Positions 47,944 through 60,205 of a stretch of 64,000 nt of DNA are shown here, in pieces. Within the stretch, counting starts at the first letter, position 1. The number at the start of each line of letters is the position of its first letter. A program made the position numbers and the translations under genes. This stretch comes from Octopus sinensis. Lineage: Eukaryota. Below the pieces are notes generated by a model, which was not told where the DNA came from, did not search any database, and saw nothing but the letters and a program-made list of their open reading frames with translations. The stretch is from positions 23,436,001-23,500,000 of the forward strand of contig NC_043008.1 in assembly GCF_006345805.1 (NCBI RefSeq). The letters run 5' to 3'.

Positions 47944-49118
47944 TCAGGTCATTAAGATTGAAATTTTCGATTTTCTTATGTCATAGTGTCTGATTATATT
48001 GTGAGTTTTCTCTTGTAAATCAATTTTTGCGAACCTATGGATAGATAAAAAAATCGTGTTGTTTATAAATATGAGTTTCGTCATTGAACCAATGCATCCT
48101 AAACAGCTCGAAACATCAATGAGATATTTGGGGAATGAGCGCATTGTACGTTGATGGTTTGAGAAGTTCCGATCTGTTGATTTTACTTTTGAAAATCAGC
48201 CCCGTGGTAGACCTGAGACCAAGGTGGGTAATGATGAACTGTAGTGGAAGGGGATACATGTCAAACTACGCGTGAGTTAGTAGCAAAGTTTGATGTTTCG
48301 ATTCCGACTGAATTGGACCATCTGAAACAAATCGGGAAGGTAAAGAAGCTGGACAAGTGGGTACCACACGAACTGAACGAGCATCAAATGACACGTCGTC
48401 TAGAAACTTGTTGTTCTTTGCTGTCACAGTATAGAAGCGGACCATTTTTGCATCGTATTGTTATGTGTGATTAAAAATTGATTCTTTTCAACAATAGCAA
48501 GAGTTCTGCACGGTGATTGGAGGGAGACGAAGTGCCAAAACACAATACAAAAAAGAATATTCACCAAAAAAGGAAAACAGCTAATGGTGTCTGTTTAGTG
48601 GTCCAGCGTTGGTATCATCCACTACAGCTTCATGAGACCTGGTAAGTCAATTACAGCGAATGTATACGTCAACCAATTGGATGAAATGATGAGTGAACTT
48701 GCAAATAAACAACCGAGATTGGTCAATAGAGACAGGCCAATTCTCTTGCAAGGCAATGCTCGACCACATGTTTCACAAAGAACGCTACTCAAGTTACAGG
48801 AACTGAACTTGGAAGTTCTCTGTCATCCACCATATTCACCAGACCTTGCACCAACTGACTATCACGTTTTCCAGGAATTAGACAACTTTTTGCAAGGCGA
48901 AAACTTCAAATCTGAAGATGCAAAAACAGCCTTTTGTGATTCCATCACCTCTTGCTCTCCAGAATTCTTCGCTGCCGGCATAAAGAAGCTACCGATAAAA
49001 CGGTGAGATTGTGTTGATAAATTAGATGCATACTTTGATTAAGTGCATTGCTTTTTGATGAGATAAAGTAAAATAAATTTTCAGTTCAAAATCAGACATT
49101 TCATTCTTAATGATCTGA
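47944..49118 (+). mobile_element. Full-length defective mariner (cecropia/Hsmar1-like motifs) with TIRs and TA target duplication
   Basis: TA at 47942-43 and 49119-20. 30-bp TIRs TCAGGTCATTAAGATTGAAATTTTCGATTT versus TCAGATCATTAAGAATGAAATGTCTGATTT (5 mismatches). WVPHELNE and HPPYSPDLAPTDYH motifs; stops and frameshifts present. Confidence 0.94.
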
Positions 49119-49771
49119 TACTTTGCGAAAGTGAATCTCAAAATTTAGATGAGTTGACTGGACGTAAGATACGACAATGTTGAAAATGTCAGTTTAAAAA
49201 TGCATCATTTGTCCAACTGCTGAAAACGCAGAACAGTTTAATGAATTAAAGCCTTATTCGTATGACGAAGACAAAGATTACAGACTGGTTCTAAAATAAT
49301 TACATGCATGGCAGACGAATGCGAGAAGGCGGTTGCAAAAGGATGTTGCTGTTCCACCACTAATACTGTGGATTTGTGGATTTCTGCATATTCAAAACAA
49401 CATGGAATCACGACAAAGCGGATAATAAATTTAAATAGGGCGTACATATATCAATATATGCCGAATCAGAGAACTCCAAAGTAGCACTATGTTAAAGACA
49501 AATGTGAATATATTCTCCAAGAGCCATGCTATAAAAGAAAAAGCATATAATTCATCACGATTCAAGACTTCAAAATAAAGTTAATGATAATGAAATCGGC
49601 CAGCTCTTATTGACTACACCCGTGCAATTAAAATTAAGCTTCCCTCTTATACATTTTAAAGTGTTAATGTATTTTAATGTACTTCACAAATACCGCGATA
49701 TTGTTTTCATCATTTTCCCCTAAATGTTATTTACAGAATCATGGTTACTGGGAGTCAAACTTCAGTTGATT

Positions 49772-50200
49772 CTAGGAGTCAACTTTATGTACCCCAACAA
49801 TAAGGTACTTAGGATTAGGATTGTCTTTAGCAGATCTCAATGCATCTAGTTCCTCAGAGTCCAGCACATTATCAGAAATAGTATTTTCCATGGAGTATAG
49901 TCTGGAGTCATCCTTCATCCACCATTCCATTTGCTTACTTTTGTCTTTGATGGTCTCACCTATTACAAACTTCAGTGATACTATCTTTTCCATGGTTAGT
50001 CTAATGTTTTTCTTCCTCTTCTTATACACTCCATAGAGGTCACCACTGTCAAATGACAACTGAATACTATTGCAAAGCTGTAACCAGTTGTCTGTTGTAC
50101 TACACCTTCCTGTTTTCTGGGCCTTACACCTTGCTGTTATTAGTGCTTTTAAAGTTGTTTGGGTGAGGGTAGCATTTACATTCAAATAGTGCAGCACGCG
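49772..50200 (-). mobile_element. RTE-like pre-RT fragment
   Basis: ARCKAQKTGRC..DNWLQLCNSIQ..GDLYGVYK, similar to the region in 42276..43163. Confidence 0.65.
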
Positions 50201-50282
50201 TTGATAACGGTGAACTTGTTTGAACTTAATTCAATTTAGTCCTGTGTCTTACTCCATTTCTTATCAGAGGCCCTCAGTATGA

Positions 50283-50702
50283 TACTGTAAAAGTTGCCCC
50301 GCGAGAATCCCATCTCATTTGTGTATTTTTGTCTTGTGAGTTTTCAGGAAAGGCATCATTCACTGACTTGATGAAGTCTACTGTTTTGTTAACCAGACGG
50401 TTTCACAAAGTGCAGCTTCTGTAGCTGATGTCTAATCTTGTAACAAAGGGATTGGTACTGCAGTTGACACAATGGAAGAATCGAGTCATAAGCACTGGGA
50501 GTCAAATGGCAGTATTTTGTATGTAACAGATCTGGTGCCGGTATTTGAAGTAGGGATAATTCCTTTTTAATTTGTGAACCGCTCTTGTCTCTTGTCGGAG
50601 AACAATTTACTCGAAAGAGTGAGGTCCGTTTCGTGTGGTTTTGTTCTTTTAAATGTCTAATCTAATTGGCTGTTTAGTTTGTATAGGTTTTTATTCTTGC
50701 AT
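50283..50702. repeat. 420-bp segment, copy 1
   Basis: Identical to 53632-54051 except for two substitutions. Confidence 0.96.
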
Positions 50703-50736
50703 AAATTTTTACAGGTTTTTACTCTGTATAGGTTTT

Positions 50737-51090
50737 TATTCTTGTTTTGTCGTTTGATGCTGTGAACATGTATGCTAATATACCACAGGACTATGGAATA
50801 GAAGCAACCAAATTCTGGTTAAATTACCAGGGCGCATTAACAAAGAATTTATAACTGAAACATTAAAATTTATGCCCCAGGATAATTACTTCATGTTTGA
50901 TATCAATTACTACCGACATTAATATGGAATTGCGATGGGAACAAAAGCAACTCCAGCTCTTGCAAACCAGTGATGGGGTATTTAGAATTGACTGTATATG
51001 AAGAATTACTGCAAAAATATGGATACTCCTTCTACCAATATATAAGAGAGAACTGTAAAAGTTATTTGGATGACTGCTTTATTCTTGAAT
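50737..51090 (+). mobile_element. Neptune-type PLE RT fragment
   Basis: SFDAVNMYANIPQDYG, GIAMGTKATPALAN and YLDDCFI; paralogous to 16193-17461. Confidence 0.82.
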
Positions 51091-51609
51091 CGGCAGTTTA
51101 TATTTGCTGCCGATAAGTTGGCGCGAGTACGATGACTTTGAAAATTTTAGGTCAGATATTACCTAGGCATAGATATAGCTGCCTCGTGTAATTTCTGTCC
51201 CTTCTGGCTTCTTTACCGATGAGCGCGTGGCCTTTTGGAAGATTGATTTGATTAAGTTTAATTCAATTTAATCAGGCTGGTTTACCATTAAAAAACGCCG
51301 AAACAATGCATTGTCTAAAGATGAATAGGGTAAATGTTTTTTTATTTTTCCTTTGATTTCGGAATTGCTACTATTTGCGGTTGGAGCCCTGGCTGCTCTT
51401 TCTAGTAGGTCGAACGACCTATTATAGCCGTTCCTCAATTGTTGTTGAATTTATTTATAGTCTCTGACTATTTCCTCTTTCTCACTAGACCGCCGGTGGC
51501 AAAATAATTTCTATTGAATTTTTTGCTACCCTAAATTGATTAATAAATATATATATATACATATATATATATGTATATATATATATAGATAGATATATGT
51601 ATATATATA

Positions 51610-51785
51610 TATACATATATACGACGGGCTTCTTTCAGTTTCCGTCTACCAAATCCACTCACAAGGCTTTGGTCGGCCCGGGGCTATAGTAGAAGACACT
51701 TGCCCAAGGTGCTACGCAGTGGGACTGAACCCAGAACCATGTGGTTGGTAAGCAAGCTACTTACCACACAGCCACTCCTACGCCA
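51610..51785 (-). mobile_element. SINE family B, 5' half
   Basis: GGAGTGGCTGTGTGGTAAG..GGTTCAGTCCC..CCTTGGGCAAGTGTCTTC. Confidence 0.9.
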
Positions 51786-51814
51786 GCGCTCTTAACCACT
51801 ACGCCATATATCCG

Positions 51815-51876
51815 TGGGCATATAGGTTAGTGGTTAAGAGCGCGGGCTACTAACCCCAAGATTCCGTATTCGATTC

Positions 51877-51877
<1 letters not shown>
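51815..51877 (+). mobile_element. tRNA-like SINE head fragment
   Basis: TAGGTTAGTGGTTAAGAGCG (A-box-like) and TTCGATTC (B-box-like), cut off by (AAT)n. Confidence 0.5.
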
Positions 51878-51939
<62 letters not shown>

Positions 51940-51942
<3 letters not shown>

Positions 51943-54900
51943 CAGAAGGAGGCCCGCACTGACTAAGAACATGGATGTACTAAACCGGGCTCTCCATTCA
52001 AAAACAAATCTAATTCATTAACATCGATGGAATTAGATAAAGGAACCTGAGGAAAATTTGAAGGAGCGGCCTTTTAACGAAGACACTAGGAGAAAAAGAA
52101 CGAAATTTTGCTGCCATAAAAAGTACAGTTTCTCCTACGCACGGTGTCCCAATGAAACATGTGCGAAACACACGCGTGATATCAACACTGGAAAGTTTAC
52201 ATAGAATAAAATAGAAACGGACCAAAATTAAAAAAATAGTGAGTACATAAATGGAGTAATTACGCATACACTCGAATGTCTACACAATCATATATACATT
52301 TTGATACCCATAGGATTACACATACACCCCGAAGTTGTACACACTAAGTGAAATTTACAGGACACACACTCACGCACATGAAAACACGTGACACAAACCA
52401 AGCAAAAACAAAATCAAAACTTTCTTCATTTTTCTTCTTATTTTATTCTCATATTTTCGAACTACCACAGACAGAGTGAACCTTTCATAAGGGCAAAAAA
52501 CACCACAAAAACTATGTCCGGAGGTAAATCTATCAACAATACAGACGAATATAGATCTGCTAGCCTTAAGAAACTACGCTACGAACAACGAACAATGCTT
52601 ACATGCAGAGGAGGTGTCGTCGCAAAAACTTAACCCTAAACTGACAGATCCGACTCCTAATGTAAGAGCCGAAGCTCGTCATGCCTCAATGTCAACAAAA
52701 CAAATTACAAACCGCAATGGTCATCGAGCGGATTACAAAAGACCACGTACCCGAATGTTGAACCAAATTCTGATTGAAAAACCAGCTACTGGTTCAAATA
52801 TTCCCAACACACAGGAAGTGGACGTACCCCACAACCGGAATATTCCAACAGATGGCTATCGATGCCCGTCATCAAATAACCAAAAGAAAAAGAATGAAAA
52901 ATGGTCTAGGGCAGATAATAAAGAAGTTCTTGCGGCCTTCTACCATGCCATATATTTCCTCACAGATAAATCTAACACTATACAAACCTACATAAACTGG
53001 AGACAGAAACACCCTGAAGTAAGACCCTACATAGACAGTAACAAACTTGCCAACGTCAGAAGAAACATTATTAAAAAATTACTGACTGAAGTAGAGATTG
53101 ACCAAATTAAACAAGCAGTAACGGATAAAAACAACGAAGCTGCAGCTAAAGAAGATAATACAGAGGAAATAATTATAGACCAGCCCAGGGCTGATAAAAC
53201 CACAGTAAGGATTGAAAGAGTTAGTATAACTGATAGGCAAGGTGAAATACTCACTGAACCAATCATAAACACTAAGACAGAGGAACCTCAAATAGAAAAA
53301 GAAAGTCACACACATATTGACCCAACAGAACTACATGAGCTAAAGAATCAAATCATGATTAAATGGCTGAAAATTAAAGAAACTGGTATGGATGAACGCG
53401 ATACATTCCCGAAAATCCGCAACTCTAGCCAAAACATGAAAATAATTGGTAAAATCCGCCTTGCACTTAAGGATATAATTTCAGCTAATGATGTTAATAT
53501 CACAGATCTCAACCACCTGTACTATGCATCCGCGAAAATCTCAACGATTCTATGTGGTGAAAAGATTATAAAACGGCAACATTCCAACAAAAAGCCTTCT
53601 TTGCAAGAGCGTATCCAACATCAATTTAAACTACTGTAAAAGTTGCCCCGCGAGAATCCCATCTCATTTGTGTATTTTTGTCTTGTGAGTTTTCAGGAAA
53701 GGCATCATTCACTGACTTGATGAAGTCTACTGTTTTGTTAACCATACGGTTTCACAAAGTGCAGCTTCTGTAGCTGATGTCTAATCTTGTAACAAAGGGA
53801 TTGGTACTGCAGTTGACACAATGGAAGAATCGAGTCATAAGCACTGGGAGTCAAATGGCAGTATTTTGTATGTAACAGATCTGGTGCCGGTATTTGAAGT
53901 AGGGATAATTCCTTTTTAATTTGTGAACCGCTCTTGTCTCTTGTCGGAGAACAATTTACTCGAAAGAGTGAGGTCCGTTTCGTGTGGTTTTGTTCTTTTA
54001 AATGTCTAATCTAATTGGCTGTTTAGTCTGTATAGGTTTTTATTCTTGCATTGAATGTTTGAAAAACCTTAAGGTTCACAAAACTACCAAACCTACAAAA
54101 ACCCCAAAATTAAAGAAAAATATAATATGAAAACTGTACTTGATATTGATGCCACCATAGAAACCATCAAGCAAAAGGTATCTGCTAAAGCTGCCCGCAT
54201 AGCGAGGTATGAAAAGTGTGTTAGATTCTTGAAGGACAACAACATGTTAAAAAATAACCCCAAAAATTTTTACAGGAAGATAGGGAAAACACCAGTTACT
54301 GTAAAGTTTGTACCATCAAAAGAAGTGCAGGGCTTTTGGAATATAATTTGGACAGAAGAAAAAACACACAACGAAAAGGCCCCTTGGATTGATAGAATAC
54401 CTACGGACCTGTACTCCTTAGAGGAGCAAAAGTGGGAGGGTGTCAAGGTAGAAGATGTAAGATCTGCTCTCAAGAGGTCAAGCAAATGGAAGTCTCCAGG
54501 AAAGGATAAAATTCCTAACTTCTGGTTGAATGCCTTCCCAGAGAGCCATGAACTGCTAACAGAACTTTACAATGATGTTTTGCAACACCCTTGTAGGATG
54601 CCTGCTTAGCTAGTTAATGGTTTAACATTCCTGCTCTCAAAAAGTGAAGAAACAAATGAACCAAAAAACTATAGACCCATAACCTGCTTAACAACTATGT
54701 ATAAAACGCTAACATCTTTCCTGACGGAATATACCTATAGATTTTTAATATACAGCAGCATATTCCCTACTGAATAGAAAGAATGTAAACGTGGATCCTA
54801 AGATGATCTTAGAAGATTGTCACAAACGACACAAAAACTTATCAACAGCCTGGATAGACTATAAAAAGCCTTTTGATAGCCTACTACATAGCTGGATTAA

Positions 54901-56919
54901 GAGATGCCTGGAAATGTATAAAATAGCGCCTACTCTACGAAACTTTTTGTCTGTAAGTATAAGATCATGGAGAACCACACTAACCTTGAACAGTGACGAT
55001 GAATCTCTAAATGCTGGTGATGTAAAAATTTCATGTGGCATTTTCCAGGGGGACTCACTATCACCACTCCTCTTTGGTTTAGCCTTAATACCTCTCTCAA
55101 AATTGCTCAATGACGCACAGTACGGATATAAAATGTTGGATATAAAATGTACGGATATAAAATTTATATAAAATATAAATCATCTCATTTACATGGATGA
55201 TTTAAAGCTCTTTGCAAAAAATGACCAACAACTTAAGGGCTTACTAACGATTGTTAAACAATTCAGTGATGACATCAGAATGCAATTTGGCCTCGATAAA
55301 TGCGCAAAAGCTACCTTTATCAAAGGAAAAATGACAGAAACATCTAACGTCATCTAACAGCAGAATGTCATAAAAGAGTCAGACCCAGCGGAGAGCTACA
55401 AATACCTAGGGGTAATCGAAGGAGACGGAATAAGGCATTCAGTGATGAAGGAAAAGATCAGGAGAGAATGTTATCGCAGAGTAAGAGCAATACTCAAGAC
55501 AGAGCTGAATGCGAGAAACAGGATCGAAGCGATCAATGCTTTAGCCATACTAGTCGTGACTTACAGTTTCAGTATCGTTAACTGGTCAGTTACTGAAATA
55601 TGTAATCTTGACAGAAAAATACGAAGACTGTTGACAATGCATAGAATGCACTACCCTAAGGCAGATATAGAACGACTTTATCTGCCAAGAAAAGAGGGAG
55701 GCCGTGGACTTTTACAACTGGCAATAACAATGAAGATTGCTACAATTGGCCTAGACACCTACCTGAAAATCTCTGAGGACTGGATGTTTAAACTTGTCTC
55801 AAAACATGAAAACAAGAAAACATCATACTCAGTAACAAAATAGGCAAAAGAATATCTAAGTGAATTCCGAATACAACAAATTTCGGAATTAGATATACAA
55901 GAAACAAGCACAGAAAAAGCTAAGCGCATGTAAACCCATGCCAAAACTGCTGCCTTAGATATTCTGAATGATAAATGGCAAGAAAAACCTCTCAATGGCA
56001 AATACCCAAAGAGAGCGAATAATGCAGATGTTGACAAAGACCTGACCCATCAATGGCTAATGGCCTTTGGCTTAAAGTCTGAAACAGAAGGGTTTATCAT
56101 AGCAGCTCAAGATCAATGCCTACCTACAAGGAACTACCAGGCCAATATATATTAAAGAACGGCAGTAGCCCAACATGTCGTGTATGTCAACAACAAAATG
56201 AAACCATTGATCATGTTGTCTCCAAGTGCAGTCTTCTTGTGCCTACAGAGTATCTCAACAGGCATGATAGAGCTGCATAATATATTCACTGGGTAATTTT
56301 CAAAAGCCTGGACTTGCCCCATGATAAAAACTGGTGGGAACACGAACCATTTCCAGTGCTTGAAAATGACCACATCTCACTCCTCTGGAACTTTACCATT
56401 CAAACTGACAGAAAGATAGATGCAAATAGGCCAGACATCATAGTAAAAGACTTCAGACAAAAAAAAATGCCTCCTCATTGATATGAGTGTCCCAATCGAT
56501 ATAAACGTATCTGTCAAGACCTACCAGAAACTGAGCAAATATAAAGATCTGGAAATAGAAATCAGCAAAATGTGGAACCTGAAGACTAAAACAATACCTG
56601 TTGTCATAGGTGCCCTGGGAATGATAGCAAAAGGGGCTGATTGCTACCTAACCCCAAAATGGCAGAAATTCAAAAGATAGTGCTCATGGGAACTGCTCAT
56701 ATCCTACGCAAAATACTTTCTTTGTAATCTCAAGTTTTAAAACAAACATCATTTTCGTATGGTTTTTTAGGCATTTACTAGTACAACACTAAGTACAAAA
56801 CCAAATATTTGGCACCCTAAGCATAACACCAACACGAACTTCCAACTTGTTGTCTCTTGAAGTCTCTGGGTGAGGCTTGGAGCCACCTTGTGCAAATGTA
56901 ATGCAAAAGTCAAACATAG
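51940..56919 (+). mobile_element. Second near full-length R4/Dong-like retrotransposon (diverged family), interrupted by a 420-bp insert
   Basis: N-terminal ORF 52614-53639 with NKLANVRR. RT motifs WIDYKKPFDSL, GIFQGDSLSP and YMDDLKL. CCHC/RLE motifs NRPDII and KLSKYKDLEIE..VIGALG. (AAT)n at 51878-51939 and 56920-56939. Confidence 0.93.
53632..54051. repeat. 420-bp segment, copy 2, inserted in the R4/Dong ORF
   Basis: It terminates ORF 52614..53639, and R4 coding resumes after it (IECLK..KEKYNMK). No TSD. Confidence 0.95.
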
Positions 56920-57161
56920 AATAATAATAATAATAATAACAACAACAACATCAAAAAATACATTAGGAATGAGAACGAAAGTTCAAAATTTCCCCAAAAT
57001 ACCTGATGAAGATTGGAGGGTATATCAGCCGAAACGTTGTGTTAACAACAAACAAGATGAGGACAAATACCCGTCAAATATAAATAAATGTAAATAATGT
57101 GAAAGAAGTTCGTTCATCATATGTATGTATGCATGTACACACACACACAATCTCTCACACA

Positions 57162-57195
<34 letters not shown>

Positions 57196-57570
57196 ACACA
57201 CACACACACACTCTCACACACATTACGTGTAGACGATAATATTTTCACCTGAGAGGTTAGTACCGTAACTGATTGCTGAAGTGCTGTTCTGTGTATATAC
57301 ATATATTTACTCGACTGCTGATATTTATGCATGGTTTCTCCCATTGTTTTGATGTGCCATTTAAAAAAAAATCATATCTATAAAAGGGAGGATGTGTGTA
57401 TGTGATTGTAATTTATGCACATCCACAAATTAGCACGCATGTCGCTCAAATTTTAGGAGGACATTTGTCAACATCCTATCTGAAATTTGTCAACTTATTT
57501 TTTTCCCGAGGCACTCGCGGATAGGGTAAAAATCTATTTTCAACCATAGCTTTTAACCATAACAAACATC

Positions 57571-57897
57571 AGCCATTATTTTTGATGGCGTCTAACAAAA
57601 AAAATAAGATAAAGAAAAGTGGAAGAAGGAGGCAGAGAGTTTCACGGGAAAGACAAAATGAGAGAGGGAGGGAGAGAGAGAGAGAGAGCCATTGCGGCGT
57701 CTAATAAGAAAAAAAAGATAAAGAAAAGTGAAAGAAGGAAGCAGAGAGTTTCACGGGAAAGACAAAATGAGAGAGGGAGAGAGAGAGAGCCATTGCTTTT
57801 TTGATGGCATCTAACAAAAAGAAATAAGATAAGGAAAAGTGGAAGAAGGAGGCAGAGAGTTTCACGGGAAAGACAAAGTGAGAGAGGAAGAGAGAGT
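57571..57897. repeat. Three tandem units of about 100-115 bp ending in GA-rich tracts
   Basis: AGCCATT..GGCGTCTAAC..GAAGGAGGCAGAGAGTTTCACGGGAAAGACAAAATGAGAGAG starts at about 57571, 57687 and 57788. Confidence 0.9.
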
Positions 57898-58379
57898 AAG
57901 TGACTACGTTCATAAAAAATAAAATGAAAAATGTTTTGTTTTTTGTTTTTGAAAGGCACACTATATTTTATAATCATAGTATATATACTTTCTCACACAA
58001 CAATTACAATATATTGATTTTAAATCATTTATTTATTTTTAATCGTTCATCTTTCTTCCCCTTCTCTCTCTCTCTCTCTCTCACATTACTTTGGGTGCGA
58101 AAGAGTTTTGTTTTTAATTTACGCCGAGTAAAAAAGTGTTTTGTTGACAATCCATTTATTTAACAACAAAGAAACAAAGAGGTGAGTAACAATTTGTCAG
58201 TGAATTCGTTGTTAGTTAAGAGATTTAGCAATTCTAAAGGCTTCCGTTCTGGCTTTTCAACTGTTTTGTTAAATATTCATCTTACTTCTATATCAGTAGG
58301 ATATTAGGTCAGACAACCATTATTCTAATGACTTTAATGGTCAAGGATATTGGTGTGCTAATCCTTTTACTTCTTTCTA

Positions 58380-58760
58380 ATTGACATTCTGTCATTGTAG
58401 GGTAATCCCACTAGAGATCTAAAATTTCAACCAATCGTTTAACGACATAATGATAGTGTCAATCAAAACATAAAACAGATTTTCTGAATCATCTTTTCAG
58501 TCATTTTTGCCAGGTTAACAGCAAGTGTTTTGTCACTGCAATTTTCCTCCCTTTCGACTTACATGTCCGCGGAGATGGGAGTGCCTGATTTCTATATTAA
58601 GTTCAGATGCCACCGTTCACTCAGTTCCAAATACTTTTCTAGCTCTCTCACGATCTCATCAACACTTCAATGTTCAATCCCCCCACATTTACTGTGCCTT
58701 TGTAGTCCGAATGACCAAATGGCAACATTTTTAGGTATGCCAATACCCCGTTCGTTCCAT
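58380..58760 (-). mobile_element. Degenerate RTE-like APE N-terminus
   Basis: GTVNVG..VDEIVRELEKY..LSERW, resembling GTWNVR..ELE.Y..LSE.RW. Confidence 0.45.
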
Positions 58761-59049
58761 GCCCAGTCTTGGCTGTTAATTTTGTCAATGCTATCTAATT
58801 GCTGGTAAGATGAGTGGCAAAAGGTTTGATACTTTTAAGACTCTTAGACCACACGGTTTCTCACATACTGTGTAAAGAACAAACTATATGATTTTTAAGT
58901 AATTTTCACTGCTTAGGTCTGGAACTGAGTGATTTTGGCACACACTGAGCGGCGTCCACAAAATGAAAGTATGGCAGTCACATGGTTAAAAGATTGCTAA
59001 AAAACACTGCTCAATTGTGTGCAATTGTTCTTTCCCTCTATCAGTTTCC

Positions 59050-59780
59050 TTTCATTTGTCGCATAATGTTTCAGGGCCCTTTCAAAGATTATTTGTTCAT
59101 ATACTTTGGTAATTGTTTAGGGCGTGGGATGTAATAGTGGTAATATACTCTCACATTTGTACACGGAAAGGAAATTCCCTTGTAACGCACTCTGCGTTAA
59201 GGCCAACACTTGATATTACTATTATCCTGTTAGATCAATGTCTTTGTCGGATTAATGCTGTTAAAAAATTTTATTTTCATTATCGACTTTCGAAAGTTTT
59301 TAATACTAGATGAATATTTGCACTCTTTGATGCTATTGGGAAAAATACTTCACACACAAGCACATTAGTTTATATGGGGTTTATATCACTTGATTCGTCA
59401 ACAGATAACGAATATTTTAAAGTCGTCAACTAATTCCTCATGCAAAACCAGAGCAATTGATATTCTTGATCACCCTAATACATTTTGTTCAATGATACTT
59501 AACAGTGCAAGTATACTCATTTCAAACAACTTAGAAGCCCATCATATATAAATTTTGCATCTACACCAAATTTTAAATGTTTTAAGTTAAAATAAAATAA
59601 TACAGGTGATGGCAAAGGTTCACATAATCTACTAGAATTAATTTTGCTATTAATATTTGCATATTTTATATAGGTTTGAAATCATGTTTTTTACGACCCT
59701 CATATAGTTTCCAATGTGATGTAGATTATCTGTGCATTATTTCCGAGATTGTAAAATGTACACTAAGTAAAGTCCATTTC
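59050..59780 (-). mobile_element. Possible highly degenerate PLE RT relic
   Basis: Weak traces only (a GVDAKF..MG-like region and downstream similarity to the 16193 ORF). Confidence 0.3.
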
Positions 59781-59864
59781 TTCCTCGCTGTTTCAATATC
59801 ACAAACTAATACTCTGTATAGTCCACTTTTGCGTACAATATGATATATTCTTCTATTCTTTTAT

Positions 59865-60205
59865 TTGTTTCAGTCATTTGACAGCGGCCATGTTGGAACA
59901 CTGCCTTTAGTCGAACAAATCGACCCCAGGACTTAATTTTTGTAAGTCTAGTACTTATTCTATAGGTCTCTTTTCCTAAACCGCTACGTTACGGAGACGT
60001 AAACACACCAACATCGGTTGTTAAGCGATGGTGGGGTACAAATACAGATACACACACAAACACACACATAAATACGACAGGCTTCTTTCAGTTTCCGTCT
60101 ATCTAATCTACTCACAACGTCCGGGACTATAGTAGAAGTAACTTGCCCAAGGTGCCACGCAGTGGGACTGAACCCGGAACCATGTGTTTGGTAAGCAAGC
60201 TACTT
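59865..60205 (-). mobile_element. SINE family B copy (5' tip missing)
   Basis: Same 3' domain and GGTTCAGTCCC / CCTTGGGCAAG segments as the other copies. Confidence 0.88.

Noticed and set aside
51815-51877. Bona fide tRNA gene
   Set aside because: There is no complete cloverleaf or acceptor stem; it is better explained as a SINE head.
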